A stretch of DNA of 64,000 nucleotides from Halobacteriales archaeon QS_1_68_20 (GCA_003021085.1 PXRE01000026.1:66559-130558); one strand, 5' to 3'. Shown: positions 43,045 through 52,540, counted from the first letter of the stretch. A program made the numbers and translations. Notes: generated from the letters alone by a model not told the origin.

Positions 43045-43944
43045 ATGAGTTCGCCCGCGGTGGCTGTCGTCGGCATCGGCCGGTGGGGCAAGAACCTCCT
43101 CCGGTGTTTCGACGAACGCACGGGGGTGGTGGCCTGCCACCACACCGGTGACCGGCGAAACGCCGCGTGGGTGGCCGACCGCTACCCGTCGGTCGACGTG
43201 ACGACCGACTACGACGACGTCCTGGACGACCCCCGCGTCGACGCCGTCGTCGTGGCGACCCCGATCGATACTCACGCCGACCTGGCCCGGCGCGCGCTCG
43301 CGGCCGACAAACACGTGTTCGTCGAGAAGCCACTCGCCGGAACCGCCGCGGACGCCGCCGACCTGGTGGCACTGGCCGACCGGCGGGATCGGGTCCTCTT
43401 CGTTGGATACGTCTTCGTCCACAACCCGGCGATACGGGAACTCGAAACCGCCGTGGGCGGCGACTCGATCCGTCACGTCCGCTTCGATTGGGAGAAGTTC
43501 GGACCCTTCGACGAGGGGATCGTCCGGAACCTCGTCTCCCACGACGTCTCGCTGCTCCGGTACCTGTTCGACGCACGGATCGACGGATTCCAGGTCCGCG
43601 AGGCCGAGGGCGTCGACGACCGCACGGACGTCCTCTCCCTCGACGGATCGCTCGGGGACGGGACGGCGTTCTCGATCCACGCGAACCGGATCTCGCGGAT
43701 CGACCGCAAGGCGATCACGGTCCTCACCGACGCGGGCGAGTGCCTGCTGTTCGAGGACGACCGCCTCTTCCGGCTCGGCCCGGAGGAGTACGACCCCGTC
43801 CCGGTGGCCGACGTCGAACCGCTCGGCGCGGAGTGCGAGGCGTTCCTGGAGTGCGTCGAGACGGGGCGGACCTCGGTGACCGACGGCGCGTTCGGACACG
43901 AGGTCGATCAGGTTCTCGACTCGATCGTCGACCGGGTGGCGTGA
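43045..43944 (+). CDS. Gfo/Idh/MocA-family NAD(P)-dependent oxidoreductase
   Basis: AVAVVGIGRWGKNLLR... (Rossmann) and VFVEKPLA (EKP motif). ATG at 43045. Confidence 0.85.
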   Translation: MSSPAVAVVGIGRWGKNLLRCFDERTGVVACHHTGDRRNAAWVADRYPSVDVTTDYDDVLDDPRVDAVVVATPIDTHADLARRALAADKHVFVEKPLAGTAADAADLVALADRRDRVLFVGYVFVHNPAIRELETAVGGDSIRHVRFDWEKFGPFDEGIVRNLVSHDVSLLRYLFDARIDGFQVREAEGVDDRTDVLSLDGSLGDGTAFSIHANRISRIDRKAITVLTDAGECLLFEDDRLFRLGPEEYDPVPVADVEPLGAECEAFLECVETGRTSVTDGAFGHEVDQVLDSIVDRVA

Positions 43945-43945
43945 C

Positions 43946-45037
43946 TCACTCGTCGGCCCGCATCCGCCGGCGGAGTTCGTCGGCGGCCGTCACGGCGCTG
44001 GGAATCTTCCCCGAGAGGACCACGAACGTATTCCCGTCCTGCTCGACGAGCGTCGGGCGGGCGTCGGTCTCCTCGACGTCCGGGAGGACGGTCCGGATCG
44101 TGAACATCGACCCGAGGTGATCGGCGTCGGTCACCCCCGGGAAGAACGTCGACCCGTGGGCGACGAAGGTGTCGAACGCCGTCGGCGCCGGGTCCTCGAT
44201 CACGCCGCGGTTCAGCAAGGGGTCGTACTCGTCGTCGAAGTCCGGTTCTCTGCCCTGCATGCTGTCGTGCACGGCGTGGACGACGTTGTCGAGGAGGAAC
44301 CGATCGGTCCGGCCGTAGGGGTCCACGCACATGAACGGCCCGTCCATGACCACGACGCTGGTCTCCGCGAACGCCGGCGGTAACTCGACGACCGGTTTCT
44401 CGCAGAGTTCGAACCGGTAGGATCGCCGCAGCGACGAGTCCGGCGGCAACACCGAGTTCAGGTGCGCGTAGGTGGCGACGACGACGTAGTCGTGGTCGAG
44501 TGCGGCGACGTCGTCGACCCGGTGGTCGAGGTAGAGGTCGACGTCGGCCCCCGCGAGACGCGACCGGCAGCGTTCCTTCAGGCGGACGGGATCGATCCGG
44601 CGTTCGGGAACCCGTACCGAGAGGTCGATGGGGTCCGGGTCGACGACGGCGGGCGTCTCGTACTCGTACTCCAGGCCGACCTCCTCGCAGAAACTGACGA
44701 ACTCGCTGCCCGTCGTCTTGCTGTCCTCGGCCGCGATGCAGTAGTAGTGGCTCCCCGACCCGACGACCGCCTCGGGGTACTCCTCCTCGAACGCCCGTTC
44801 CGCGTTCCGGCACTGCCTGGCGGTGAGCGTGCTTCGCGGGTAGTGGTAGCCCCGGTGCAGTCGGAACTGGTTGCTCCAGGAGGTGGCCGACAGGACGTCG
44901 TCGGCCTTCTCGTAGAGGTGGACGTCGTATCCCGCTTCGGCCAGCCTGATCGCCGCGGTCGTGCCGAAAATCCCGCCACCGACGACGCCCACCGTCGCCG
45001 CGTCGCCGGACGCCGAAGTGCTTCGATCCATCGTCAT
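43946..45037 (-). CDS. FAD-dependent oxidoreductase
   Basis: VGVVGGGIFGTTAAIRLAEAGYDVHLYEK is the dinucleotide-binding GxGxxG fold. 363 aa. Confidence 0.8.
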   Translation of the reverse strand: MTMDRSTSASGDAATVGVVGGGIFGTTAAIRLAEAGYDVHLYEKADDVLSATSWSNQFRLHRGYHYPRSTLTARQCRNAERAFEEEYPEAVVGSGSHYYCIAAEDSKTTGSEFVSFCEEVGLEYEYETPAVVDPDPIDLSVRVPERRIDPVRLKERCRSRLAGADVDLYLDHRVDDVAALDHDYVVVATYAHLNSVLPPDSSLRRSYRFELCEKPVVELPPAFAETSVVVMDGPFMCVDPYGRTDRFLLDNVVHAVHDSMQGREPDFDDEYDPLLNRGVIEDPAPTAFDTFVAHGSTFFPGVTDADHLGSMFTIRTVLPDVEETDARPTLVEQDGNTFVVLSGKIPSAVTAADELRRRMRADE

Positions 45038-45135
45038 CCGAGTTGTCCCCTCCGAATACTGACCGAAAGTTAACGGTTTCGACGGCGGATTCGGACCCTA
45101 TCGCCGGGCAGGAACGGAAGTCCCGGCCCGCGACC

Positions 45136-45143
45136 ATTTAAAT
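45136..45143 (+). promoter_or_regulatory. TATA box (ATTTAAAT) in a divergent intergenic region
   Basis: Lies ~30 nt upstream of the GTG at 45173, consistent with a leaderless transcript of the epimerase/dehydratase gene. Confidence 0.35.
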
Positions 45144-45172
45144 ACTACTGACATGTATCACCGAAACGCGAA

Positions 45173-46162
45173 GTGATCCAGGTTCGTACCGTGACCGGAG
45201 AACCGATGGGCGATGACGTCACCCACGCCGTCGTGACCGGGGGCGCCGGATTCGTCGGAAGCCATCTCGTCGACGAGCTCCTCGGTTCCGGGTTCCGCGT
45301 AACGGTCGTCGACGACTTCTCGACGGGCGTCCGGCGCAACCTGGACCACCACCGGGCCGACGACCGGTTCGAACTCCACAGCGTCGACCTCAAGCAGGGA
45401 CTCCCGGCGATCGAGGACGCCGACGTCGTCTTCCACCTGGCGTCCAGGGCGTCGCCGGGAGACTTCCGGAGCCACGGTGTGGACATCGCGCTCACGAACA
45501 GCGTCGGGACGAACCGGGTCCTGGATCTCGCCCTCGAGCAGGACGCGACGGTCGTCCTCGCGTCCACGAGCGAAGTGTACGGGGACCCCGAGGTTCACCC
45601 GCAGCCGGAGTCCTACGTCGGCCACGTGAGCGTCCGTGGGGCGCGGTCACCCTACGACATCGGGAAACGGTTCGGCGAGACGCTCGGGATGGCGTACGCC
45701 CGGCAGTTCGACCTCGACGTCCGGACGGTCCGCATCTTCAACACGTACGGCCCACGGATGCGACCCGACGACGGGCGGGTCGTGCCGACGTTCGTCTCCC
45801 AGGCCCTCTCCGGCGATCCGCTGACCGTCCACGGTGACGGGACCCAGACCCGGAGTTTCTGTTACGTCTCGGACCTCGTGACGGGGTTGGTCGAGGTGGC
45901 CCGCGAACCGTCGATGGACGGGGACGTGGTGAACCTCGGCAACGACGAGGAGATCACCATCCTGGCGCTCGCCCGACGCATCCGCGAACTCGTCGACCGA
46001 TCTCCCGAGATCGTCCACGTCGACGGCCGGCCGGACGATCCCACGAAACGCAGACCCGACCTCACCAGGGCCAGGGAACGGCTGGACTGGCAGCCCACGA
46101 CCCCGCTGGACGAGGGGCTCCGACGGACCATCGAGGACCTCAGGGGACGACTGGAAACGTAA
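45173..46162 (+). CDS. NAD-dependent epimerase/dehydratase (UDP-glucuronate decarboxylase-like SDR)
   Basis: VVTGGAGFVGSHLVDELL, the catalytic Y-x3-K context SPYDIGKRFGE, and a UXS-like C-terminal RRPDLTRARERLDWQP. An alternative ATG start is at 45206. Confidence 0.85.
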   Translation: MIQVRTVTGEPMGDDVTHAVVTGGAGFVGSHLVDELLGSGFRVTVVDDFSTGVRRNLDHHRADDRFELHSVDLKQGLPAIEDADVVFHLASRASPGDFRSHGVDIALTNSVGTNRVLDLALEQDATVVLASTSEVYGDPEVHPQPESYVGHVSVRGARSPYDIGKRFGETLGMAYARQFDLDVRTVRIFNTYGPRMRPDDGRVVPTFVSQALSGDPLTVHGDGTQTRSFCYVSDLVTGLVEVAREPSMDGDVVNLGNDEEITILALARRIRELVDRSPEIVHVDGRPDDPTKRRPDLTRARERLDWQPTTPLDEGLRRTIEDLRGRLET

Positions 46163-46577
46163 TCCCGAAGCCACCTTGGCTACCGCTTGGTCCCCTCGGC
46201 TACTTCTCTGTCTCCCGGCTACCTTTCTGTCCCCCGGCTCTCGACCGCGGTGGCCGGTCCTGTCGGGGCGGACTACGGTTTCGACGAAGTGGCGTCGCTC
46301 CGCTCCGGGACGTGGAACTGCAGGCACCAACGACGAGCGGTCGCGGGCCACGTCGCTGGAGAGCAAAGCTTAATACTGTTCACTAGAATAAAATGATTTA
46401 CTCTAACCCGAGTTTCGATGTGTGGTCGGTGGAGATCGCACGACGTGGAACGCTTCCACACACTCCACCCACCGAAAGATTTTCAAGTGTTTCGGTCTTA
46501 CCTGTGGTTAAGGAAGACGCGGCTGCGTGACGAGTATTTTCACCGCCGGACCAGCCGTCCTCTCCACGGAGACCCAC

Positions 46578-47433
46578 ATGACAGAAACCAGCATCCAGAC
46601 GACGCAGAACGTAGAGACGCGAGAACAGGAGAGCCAGGAACGTGAGGGTTGCCCGGAGTGTGGTGGCCACGTCGTGAGCGACGCGGAACACGGCGAGACC
46701 GTCTGTGCGGAGTGCGGCCTGGTCGTCGAGGAGGACGAAATCGACCGCGGTCCCGAGTGGCGGGCGTTCGACGCCAGCGAGCGCGACCAGAAGAGCCGGG
46801 TCGGCGCGCCCACCACGAAGATGATGCACGACAAGGGGCTGTCGACCAACATCGGCTGGCAGGACAAGGACGCCTACGGCAACACGCTGTCGTCCAGCCA
46901 GCGCGAGCGCGTCAAGCGCCTGCGCACCTGGAACGAGCGGTTCCGCACGCGCAACTCCAAGGAGCGCAACCTGAAGCAGGCCCTCGGCGAGATCGACCGC
47001 ATGGCCTCCGCGCTCGGCCTGCCGGAGACGGTCAGGGAGACGGCCTCCGTGATCTACCGCCGCGCGCTGGAGGAGGACCTGCTGCCGGGCCGCTCCATCG
47101 AGGGCGTCGCCACGGCGTCGCTGTACGCCGCGGGGCCTGGAGGTCAAGCCCGCCGACCCCGAGAGCTACGTCCCGCGGTTCGCCTCCGAACTCGCCCTCA
47201 GCGAGGAGGCCGCCCGCCGGGCACGGGAACTACTGCGCGTCGCCAAGGAAGGCGGCCGCCACAGCGGCAAGAGTCCCGTCGGCCTCGCCGCCGCGTCCAT
47301 CTACGCCGCCGCGCTACTGGCGAACGAGAAGGTCACCCAGTCGGAGGTCAGCGAGGTGACCGACGTCTCCGAGGTCACCATCCGGAACCGATACCACGAA
47401 CTACTGGAGATGGAAGGAAACCCGACGACGTAG
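46578..47433 (+). pseudogene. tfb: transcription initiation factor TFB paralog with an internal ~100-nt deletion and frameshift
   Basis: Zn-ribbon CPECGGHVVSDAEHGETVCAECG, B-reader and first cyclin fold run up to ..EGVATASLYAA (nt ~47130). The TFB sequence resumes in another frame as GLEVKPADPESYVPRFASELALSEEAARRARELL...VTIRNRYHELLEM, with a stop at 47431-47433. Confidence 0.75.
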
Positions 47434-47485
47434 GCCCGGTCTCCTCTTCGTCACCCCCCGTCCGTCCCTCGTCGTCAGCCCCCGA

Positions 47486-47641
47486 TCAGTCGCCCGACCG
47501 GTCTCTGGTTTGCACCGAGACGTCCTCGGGGACGACGAGTTCCGGCCGGTCGGTCGTCAGGTCGATCTCGATCAGGCCGCTCTGGCCGTCGGTCCTTATC
47601 TGGCGGTCCCATTCGTCGTCGCGGATGAATATCTCTCCCAT
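47486..47641 (-). CDS. small acidic protein (51 aa), not in the ORF track
   Basis: My translation gives MGEIFIRDDEWDRQIRTDGQSGLIEIDLTTDRPELVVPEDVSVQTRDRSGD, ATG 47641-47639 to TGA. Confidence 0.4.
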   Translation of the reverse strand: MGEIFIRDDEWDRQIRTDGQSGLIEIDLTTDRPELVVPEDVSVQTRDRSGD

Positions 47642-47782
47642 TGCTCTCCCGCACCGCCGTGTTCCCCCACGACGGGTCCGGTAGACGTCCGTTCTCGCTC
47701 CTGCGATATGAATTTAATTTCATTTGGCGTAACGTTTTCCCGGGAACGTAACGGTCAACTCGGCCGCTCACCACCCAGGGCC

Positions 47783-48289
47783 ATGGAGACGACCCGTCAC
47801 TTCACCGCGACCACGTACGTCGTCCACGACGGCGCGACGGCCCTGCACGAACACGACCGCCTCGGCATCCGGATCCCGCCCGGCGGCCACGTCGAACGCG
47901 ACGAACTCCCCCACGAGGCCGCGAAACGTGAAGTGCGCGAGGAGACCGGCCTGGACCCGTCCCTGGTCGACGACTCCCCCGACGTCACCGGTCCCCAGGG
48001 TCGGTCGCTCCCACGACCCCGGCACGTGATGCTGTACGACATCAACGTCCACGACGACGGCGCGGTCGGCCACCAGCACGTCGACCTGCTGTACTACGCC
48101 CGCGTCGACTCCCGGGAGATCGACCCGGCCGACGACGAACTGGGGCCGGACGCCTGGGACTGGTACACCCCGGCCGACCTGCGGGCCGCCGACCTCGACG
48201 CCGATACCGTCGAACTCGGTCTCGATGCCATCGAGGTCGTGGAGCGGGCAATCGAGGACGGTGACCCACGGGGCGTCGACGGGCAGTGA
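47783..48289 (+). CDS. NUDIX hydrolase
   Basis: The Nudix box GGHVERDELPHEAAKREVREETGL (GX5EX7REUXEEXGU) is present. ATG at 47783. Confidence 0.85.
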   Translation: METTRHFTATTYVVHDGATALHEHDRLGIRIPPGGHVERDELPHEAAKREVREETGLDPSLVDDSPDVTGPQGRSLPRPRHVMLYDINVHDDGAVGHQHVDLLYYARVDSREIDPADDELGPDAWDWYTPADLRAADLDADTVELGLDAIEVVERAIEDGDPRGVDGQ

Positions 48290-48341
48290 CTCCCGGTGGC
48301 GATCACGCCGACTGACCCGCGGCCTCGGCGACGACGGCCCG

Positions 48342-50112
48342 TCACCACTCGTACTCGACGCCGAGTTCCACGTACGGCGGGTCGGCCCCGCCGGAGCCGT
48401 AGAGGTTCCAGTCGTCCGATAGATCGTACTTGAGGTCGCCGTCCTCGAAGTCGAAGTCGTCCAGGTCGATCGGTGGCGACGGACAGACGTGACCGCCGCC
48501 ACCGATTCCGCCACCGTCGCCGCCACCGATTCCGCCACCGTCGCCGCCACCGTCCGCCGTCCGATCCGTCGCCGGCACCACCGTCCGCCGGATCGCCGTC
48601 CGATTCGCCACCGTCACCACTACCGTCGTCGCTCGACCCGCCGTCGGTCATCAGGGGTTCGTCGGTTCCTGCCGGGGGTTCCAGCGACCAGGATGCGTTG
48701 GTCCGGGAGGGGTACCGGTCGAAGATGTCGTCGGCCGCCAGCGACCTGGCGACGTGGTCGAGCCAGCTCTCGTCGGCGTGTTCGCCCAGGCCGACGACGT
48801 CGAGTTCAATCTCCGGGTCGCCGTCGACGTACTCGCTCTCGGCCGCGAAGGTCCCGTGCAGGCGGACGTACGCTCCTTCCCTGATGCTCCAGTAGTGCAG
48901 GTTCCGGAAGGGAAGGAAGACCCGGACGCGGCGGTCGTTCCAGACGTCGACCAGTTCGAACTTCGATCCGGGTGCGTCGGCGTCGTACCGCAGGTCCTCG
49001 ACGTACCCGCCCGTCGCCACCAGCGCCCCATCGTACGCCTCTGGGGTCTCCAGGAGGTCGTCGAGCGGGACCGACTCGCCGTCCGCGACCTGCGACCGGA
49101 ACCCGGCTTCGCGGGCGACCTCCACCTCGGCCGTAGCCTCCGGGTGACCGGCCCGCTGCCCGGCGACGAACAGGAACCGGTAGCTCGCTGCCAGGAGCAT
49201 CGTCAGTTCCCAGGTGACCTCGTGCAAGTCCGCCTCGACGCGCCCGATCTCCATGACGTCGTCGTCGGCGTGCCACTCGTCGCTCCGTTCGCGGGCCAGT
49301 CGCGCCCGGCGCACGGTTTCGCCGAGTCGGACGAGGTCCCGACGGACCTCGAAGGGGTAGTCGATGCCCTGCCGGGCCCGGCGTTCGACCGAGTCCCAGT
49401 CCGCCGTCGCCACGGCCCCGTAGAGCCCCTGCAGGTGGTCGGTCACCTCTTCGGACAGGCGTTCGACTTCGCGCTCGACGGCTTCGACGGACAGTTCGGG
49501 TCCTCGCTCGGGCTCCGCTCGGTCGACGGCGGCGAAGAAGTCGGCCCTGAACGACTCCTCGTACCCGGCCGCGACGTACCAGATGCCGAGGCCTCGCTGG
49601 GCCGCCAGGACGTCGTTCCAGAGCGTCGCGCCCGTGCTGTCGTCCGGGTCGCCCTCGAACTCGGCAGGCGACCGGGGCCCGGACTCGAGTTCGCGGTCGA
49701 GTCGCTCGGCGTCCGCCACCGTCGCCGCCACCTCCTCACCGAGCTGGGCCCGCACGTGTTCGAGGAGTTCCTCGGCCGTCAGGTCCTCTGGAATCCCGGA
49801 TCGATCACACCGTGCGTCGTCCAACTCGGCGACCGATCCCACGGAGTCGTCGATTTTCTCCTGGGTACGCAGCAGTCTCCGGAGCACCCGGCGCCCGAAG
49901 CAGATCATCTCCCGGCCCCGCCGCCGGTGTTTCTCCCAGCGTCCCCCTTCCCTGGATTCGACGACGGCGTCGGCGTCGGACGTCGCCCGTGAGGTGAGGT
50001 CGTCGAACGAGAACAGGTCCTCGTCCGGATCGAACCGCCCGGTCGGGAGGACGTACTCTTCGGGCGACAGACCCACCCTGTAAACCATCCTGGCCGTTCT
50101 CCGTTCTGCCAT
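48342..50112 (-). pseudogene. orphan ~590-aa protein with Gly/Asp-repeat C-terminal region; one frameshift near 48552-48556
   Basis: MAERRTARMVYRVGLSPEEYVLPTGRFDPDEDLF... runs through ..GDPADGGAGDGSDGG, then continues sensibly only in the frame of track ORF 48342..48620 (GDGGGIGGGDGGGIGGGGHVCPSPPIDLDDFDFEDGDLKYDLSDDWNLYGSGGADPPYVELGVEYEW). The upstream region is AT-rich. Confidence 0.55.
48498..48545 (-). repeat. 24-nt tandem repeat x2 (coding, GDGGGIGG units)
   Basis: gccaccgattccgccaccgtcgcc is repeated head-to-tail on the plus strand. Confidence 0.8.
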
Positions 50113-50290
50113 AGCTGGATACCATAACCACGGCTGAAACCAATTCCTTAAAATAAATTTATATGAATTTATGTAATAATTGATGGGATCGTGTCGCTCC
50201 CGTCCCCGCACTCCAGACGGGGCGGGTGAAAGCGGTTCTCCGGGGACGCGCCCGGTGTTATGGTGTTCGTAACGAAGCAGGTGGTGGACG

Positions 50291-50530
50291 ATGATCCGGT
50301 CCGCAATGACAGTCGACGACGCGGAGACGGCGCTCTGTGACAACTGCACGCAACGGGCCGAGGTCGCCTTCACGCTGACCACGAACGTCGACGGTGGCGG
50401 CACCGTCGAGTCGCAGTTCTGTTCCAGCGGGTGCCTCGCGGAGTGGACCGCCGCGACGCCCGGGTCCGACGGCCCCGTCAGGGAGCGCCCTCACCCGCGG
50501 GTGTTCTCCAGGCGCGCGCGGATGTACTGA
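50291..50530 (+). CDS. small zinc-finger protein, TRASH-like C-x2-C-x24-C-x3-C
   Basis: ..ALCDNCTQRAEVAFTLTTNVDGGGTVESQFCSSGCLAEW.. Its 3' end overlaps the convergent 50491..51591 gene by 40 nt. Confidence 0.4.
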   Translation: MIRSAMTVDDAETALCDNCTQRAEVAFTLTTNVDGGGTVESQFCSSGCLAEWTAATPGSDGPVRERPHPRVFSRRARMY

Positions 50531-51591
50531 CTCACGTGGTCGTCCATCCGGCGCTTGAACCCGGCCTGGCGGGCCAGGCGGTCGAGTTCCCGCGAGACGT
50601 TGCTCCCGTACTGGACGGCCTTCTTCTCGCGGAACGCCACCCGTGCGGGGACGAGTTCCCGGGCCGCCCGCCGGAGTGCGACCTTGCGCTCCCCGCGGTC
50701 GTCGACCAGCAGGTTCCCGGGGAGCGCGAGCGCCGCCGCGATCACCCGGTCGTCCAGGAGCGGCGCGACCGGTTCGACCCCGGCCGCCCGGACTGCCTGC
50801 ACGTCCCGTTCTAGCTGGTCGGGGAGGGTCGTCACGACTTCCCGGCGGGCGCGCCGGACCGTCTCGGCGTCGACGCGCGGATCCGACGGTGCCTTCGCCA
50901 CCTTCGCGTACCCGCCGAACAGTTCGTCAGCACCCTGACCGACGGCGAGTCGTTCGGCGCCATCCGCGGCCGCCCGCTCCCCGACCAGGAACAGCGGGAG
51001 CGCGATGCTCACGTCCATCGCGTTGGTGCGGCCGATGGCGCGTGCGACCCGCGGGACCGCGTCTTCCACGGTCGACAGCGACAGTTCGACGACGCGGAGG
51101 TCCCTGTCGAGCGCCCGGCCGGCGTCGGTCGCCGCCTCGAGGTCGTGGCTGTCGGGGAACCCGGCGACGTACAGCGGGCCGTCGGTCCCCGCCGCGACGA
51201 CCGAGGAGTCGACGCCACCAGAAAAGGCGACGGCCGCGTCCGGCGCGTCCGACAGCGCCGCCGAAATCGCCTCCCGGACGGCACCAACGGCTTCCTGCTC
51301 GTCCGCGACCGGGTCCGGGTCGGGTAGCGTCCAGACCTGGCGACGCTCGCCGTCCGCGAGCACGATCCCGGCCGGGACGCTCGTCGGGTCCGCCAGGTCC
51401 CGGTGGTCGAAACTCCAGTCAGTGTCGCCGGCCGCGTCCAGGTCGCCGTCGACGAACAGGGGATGGCGACCCAGGACGTCCCGGACGAGGCGGCCGTCTG
51501 GAAGTTCGCCGGCGAAGCCACGGGTCCCCGGGAGCGAATCACGGGTCTCGATGGCGCGGCCCACGAGTTCGGGCGTCGCACCCCCGATCAT
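50491..51591 (-). CDS. asparagine synthase-related PP-loop ATPase (no N-terminal glutaminase Cys)
   Basis: PP-loop AFSGGVDSSVVAAG. The N-terminus MIGGATPEL lacks the Cys2 nucleophile of class-II amidotransferases. Confidence 0.75.
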   Translation of the reverse strand: MIGGATPELVGRAIETRDSLPGTRGFAGELPDGRLVRDVLGRHPLFVDGDLDAAGDTDWSFDHRDLADPTSVPAGIVLADGERRQVWTLPDPDPVADEQEAVGAVREAISAALSDAPDAAVAFSGGVDSSVVAAGTDGPLYVAGFPDSHDLEAATDAGRALDRDLRVVELSLSTVEDAVPRVARAIGRTNAMDVSIALPLFLVGERAAADGAERLAVGQGADELFGGYAKVAKAPSDPRVDAETVRRARREVVTTLPDQLERDVQAVRAAGVEPVAPLLDDRVIAAALALPGNLLVDDRGERKVALRRAARELVPARVAFREKKAVQYGSNVSRELDRLARQAGFKRRMDDHVSQYIRARLENTRG

Positions 51592-52274
51592 CGCAGTATC
51601 TCGGCCAGCCGGTTCTTGACCCGGCGCTTGGCACCGCCGGCGGCCTGGCGGAAACTGATGATCCAGGGCGTGCGCTTGCCCTCGATCGAGGTGCGGCCCT
51701 CGCGGATCGCCTCGAGGACGGCCCCCAGCGACCGCTCGTCGGCGTCGATGTGGGTGACCGCCTGGCCGACCATCTCCGCGATGTGGGCGTCACTGCCCGC
51801 GGTCATGGGCATCTCATTGTCGCGGGCGAACCGTTCGGCCTGGCGGTTGGCCCGCCCCGTCAGCAGGCGCGAATTGTACACCTCGATGGCGTCCGCCAGC
51901 AAGAGTTTCTCGCGGGCGACGTTGGCGAGGACGCCGCTCCGGGACTCCTGGAACGGGTGCGGGATCACCGCGATGCCGCCGCCCTCGCAGATGCGGTCCA
52001 GCGTCTCCTCGAAGGGCAGGCCGGGCGGGACTTTCTCGGTGACGCCCAGCGCCAGCACGTGGCCGGCCTTGCTCGTGACCTCCATGCCGGGGATGCCGAT
52101 CATTCCCCGGTCCTCACAGAGGTCGGCGGCCTCTAGGCTGGCGTCGATCTCGTCGTGGTCGGTCACCGCGAGACCGTCCAGCCCCACGGCCTCGGCCTGG
52201 TCGACGAGCGCGTCCACGGAGTCGCGGCCGTCGTACGACAGCGCCGAGTGGGCGTGGAGCTCGACCGTTGGCAC
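51588..52274 (-). CDS. PHP-domain metal-dependent phosphoesterase
   Basis: VELHAHSALSYDGRDS..GLAVTDHD..., later HP and DAH metal-ligand contexts. It overlaps the downstream gene by 4 nt (ATGA). Confidence 0.85.
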   Translation of the reverse strand: MPTVELHAHSALSYDGRDSVDALVDQAEAVGLDGLAVTDHDEIDASLEAADLCEDRGMIGIPGMEVTSKAGHVLALGVTEKVPPGLPFEETLDRICEGGGIAVIPHPFQESRSGVLANVAREKLLLADAIEVYNSRLLTGRANRQAERFARDNEMPMTAGSDAHIAEMVGQAVTHIDADERSLGAVLEAIREGRTSIEGKRTPWIISFRQAAGGAKRRVKNRLAEILR

Positions 52275-52511
52275 GCGCTGGCGTTCGCGGCGAGTGACAA
52301 AAAGCGCCTCGGTCTCCGGCGGTCGCTCGCCAGCCGTACGATCCCGTCCCGGACCTTCCGAATGATTTACCTGAAACGTACGCTCGATGCCTCCGGGGCC
52401 ACGATGCGTCGGGTGGATGTCCCGCTACGGCGGCGGGAGGACGTCGAACCGACGTGCCGACCGAAGAGTCCGACCGCCGGTCGGATTGCACGAACGTGCA
52501 TATGGAAAGCC

Positions 52512-52517
52512 ATTTAT
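52512..52517 (+). promoter_or_regulatory. TATA-like box upstream of purL
   Basis: ATTTAT is centred ~27 nt upstream of the GTG at 52541, which is leaderless spacing. Confidence 0.35.
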
Positions 52518-52540
52518 CCGGACCAAACCGACACGGTGAT

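Noticed and set aside
48470-48600. GC-rich periodic tract considered as a non-coding microsatellite
   Set aside because: It is in phase with a coding frame (GDGGGIGG units) and is flanked on both sides by protein-like sequence of the same gene. It is treated as a coding low-complexity repeat.
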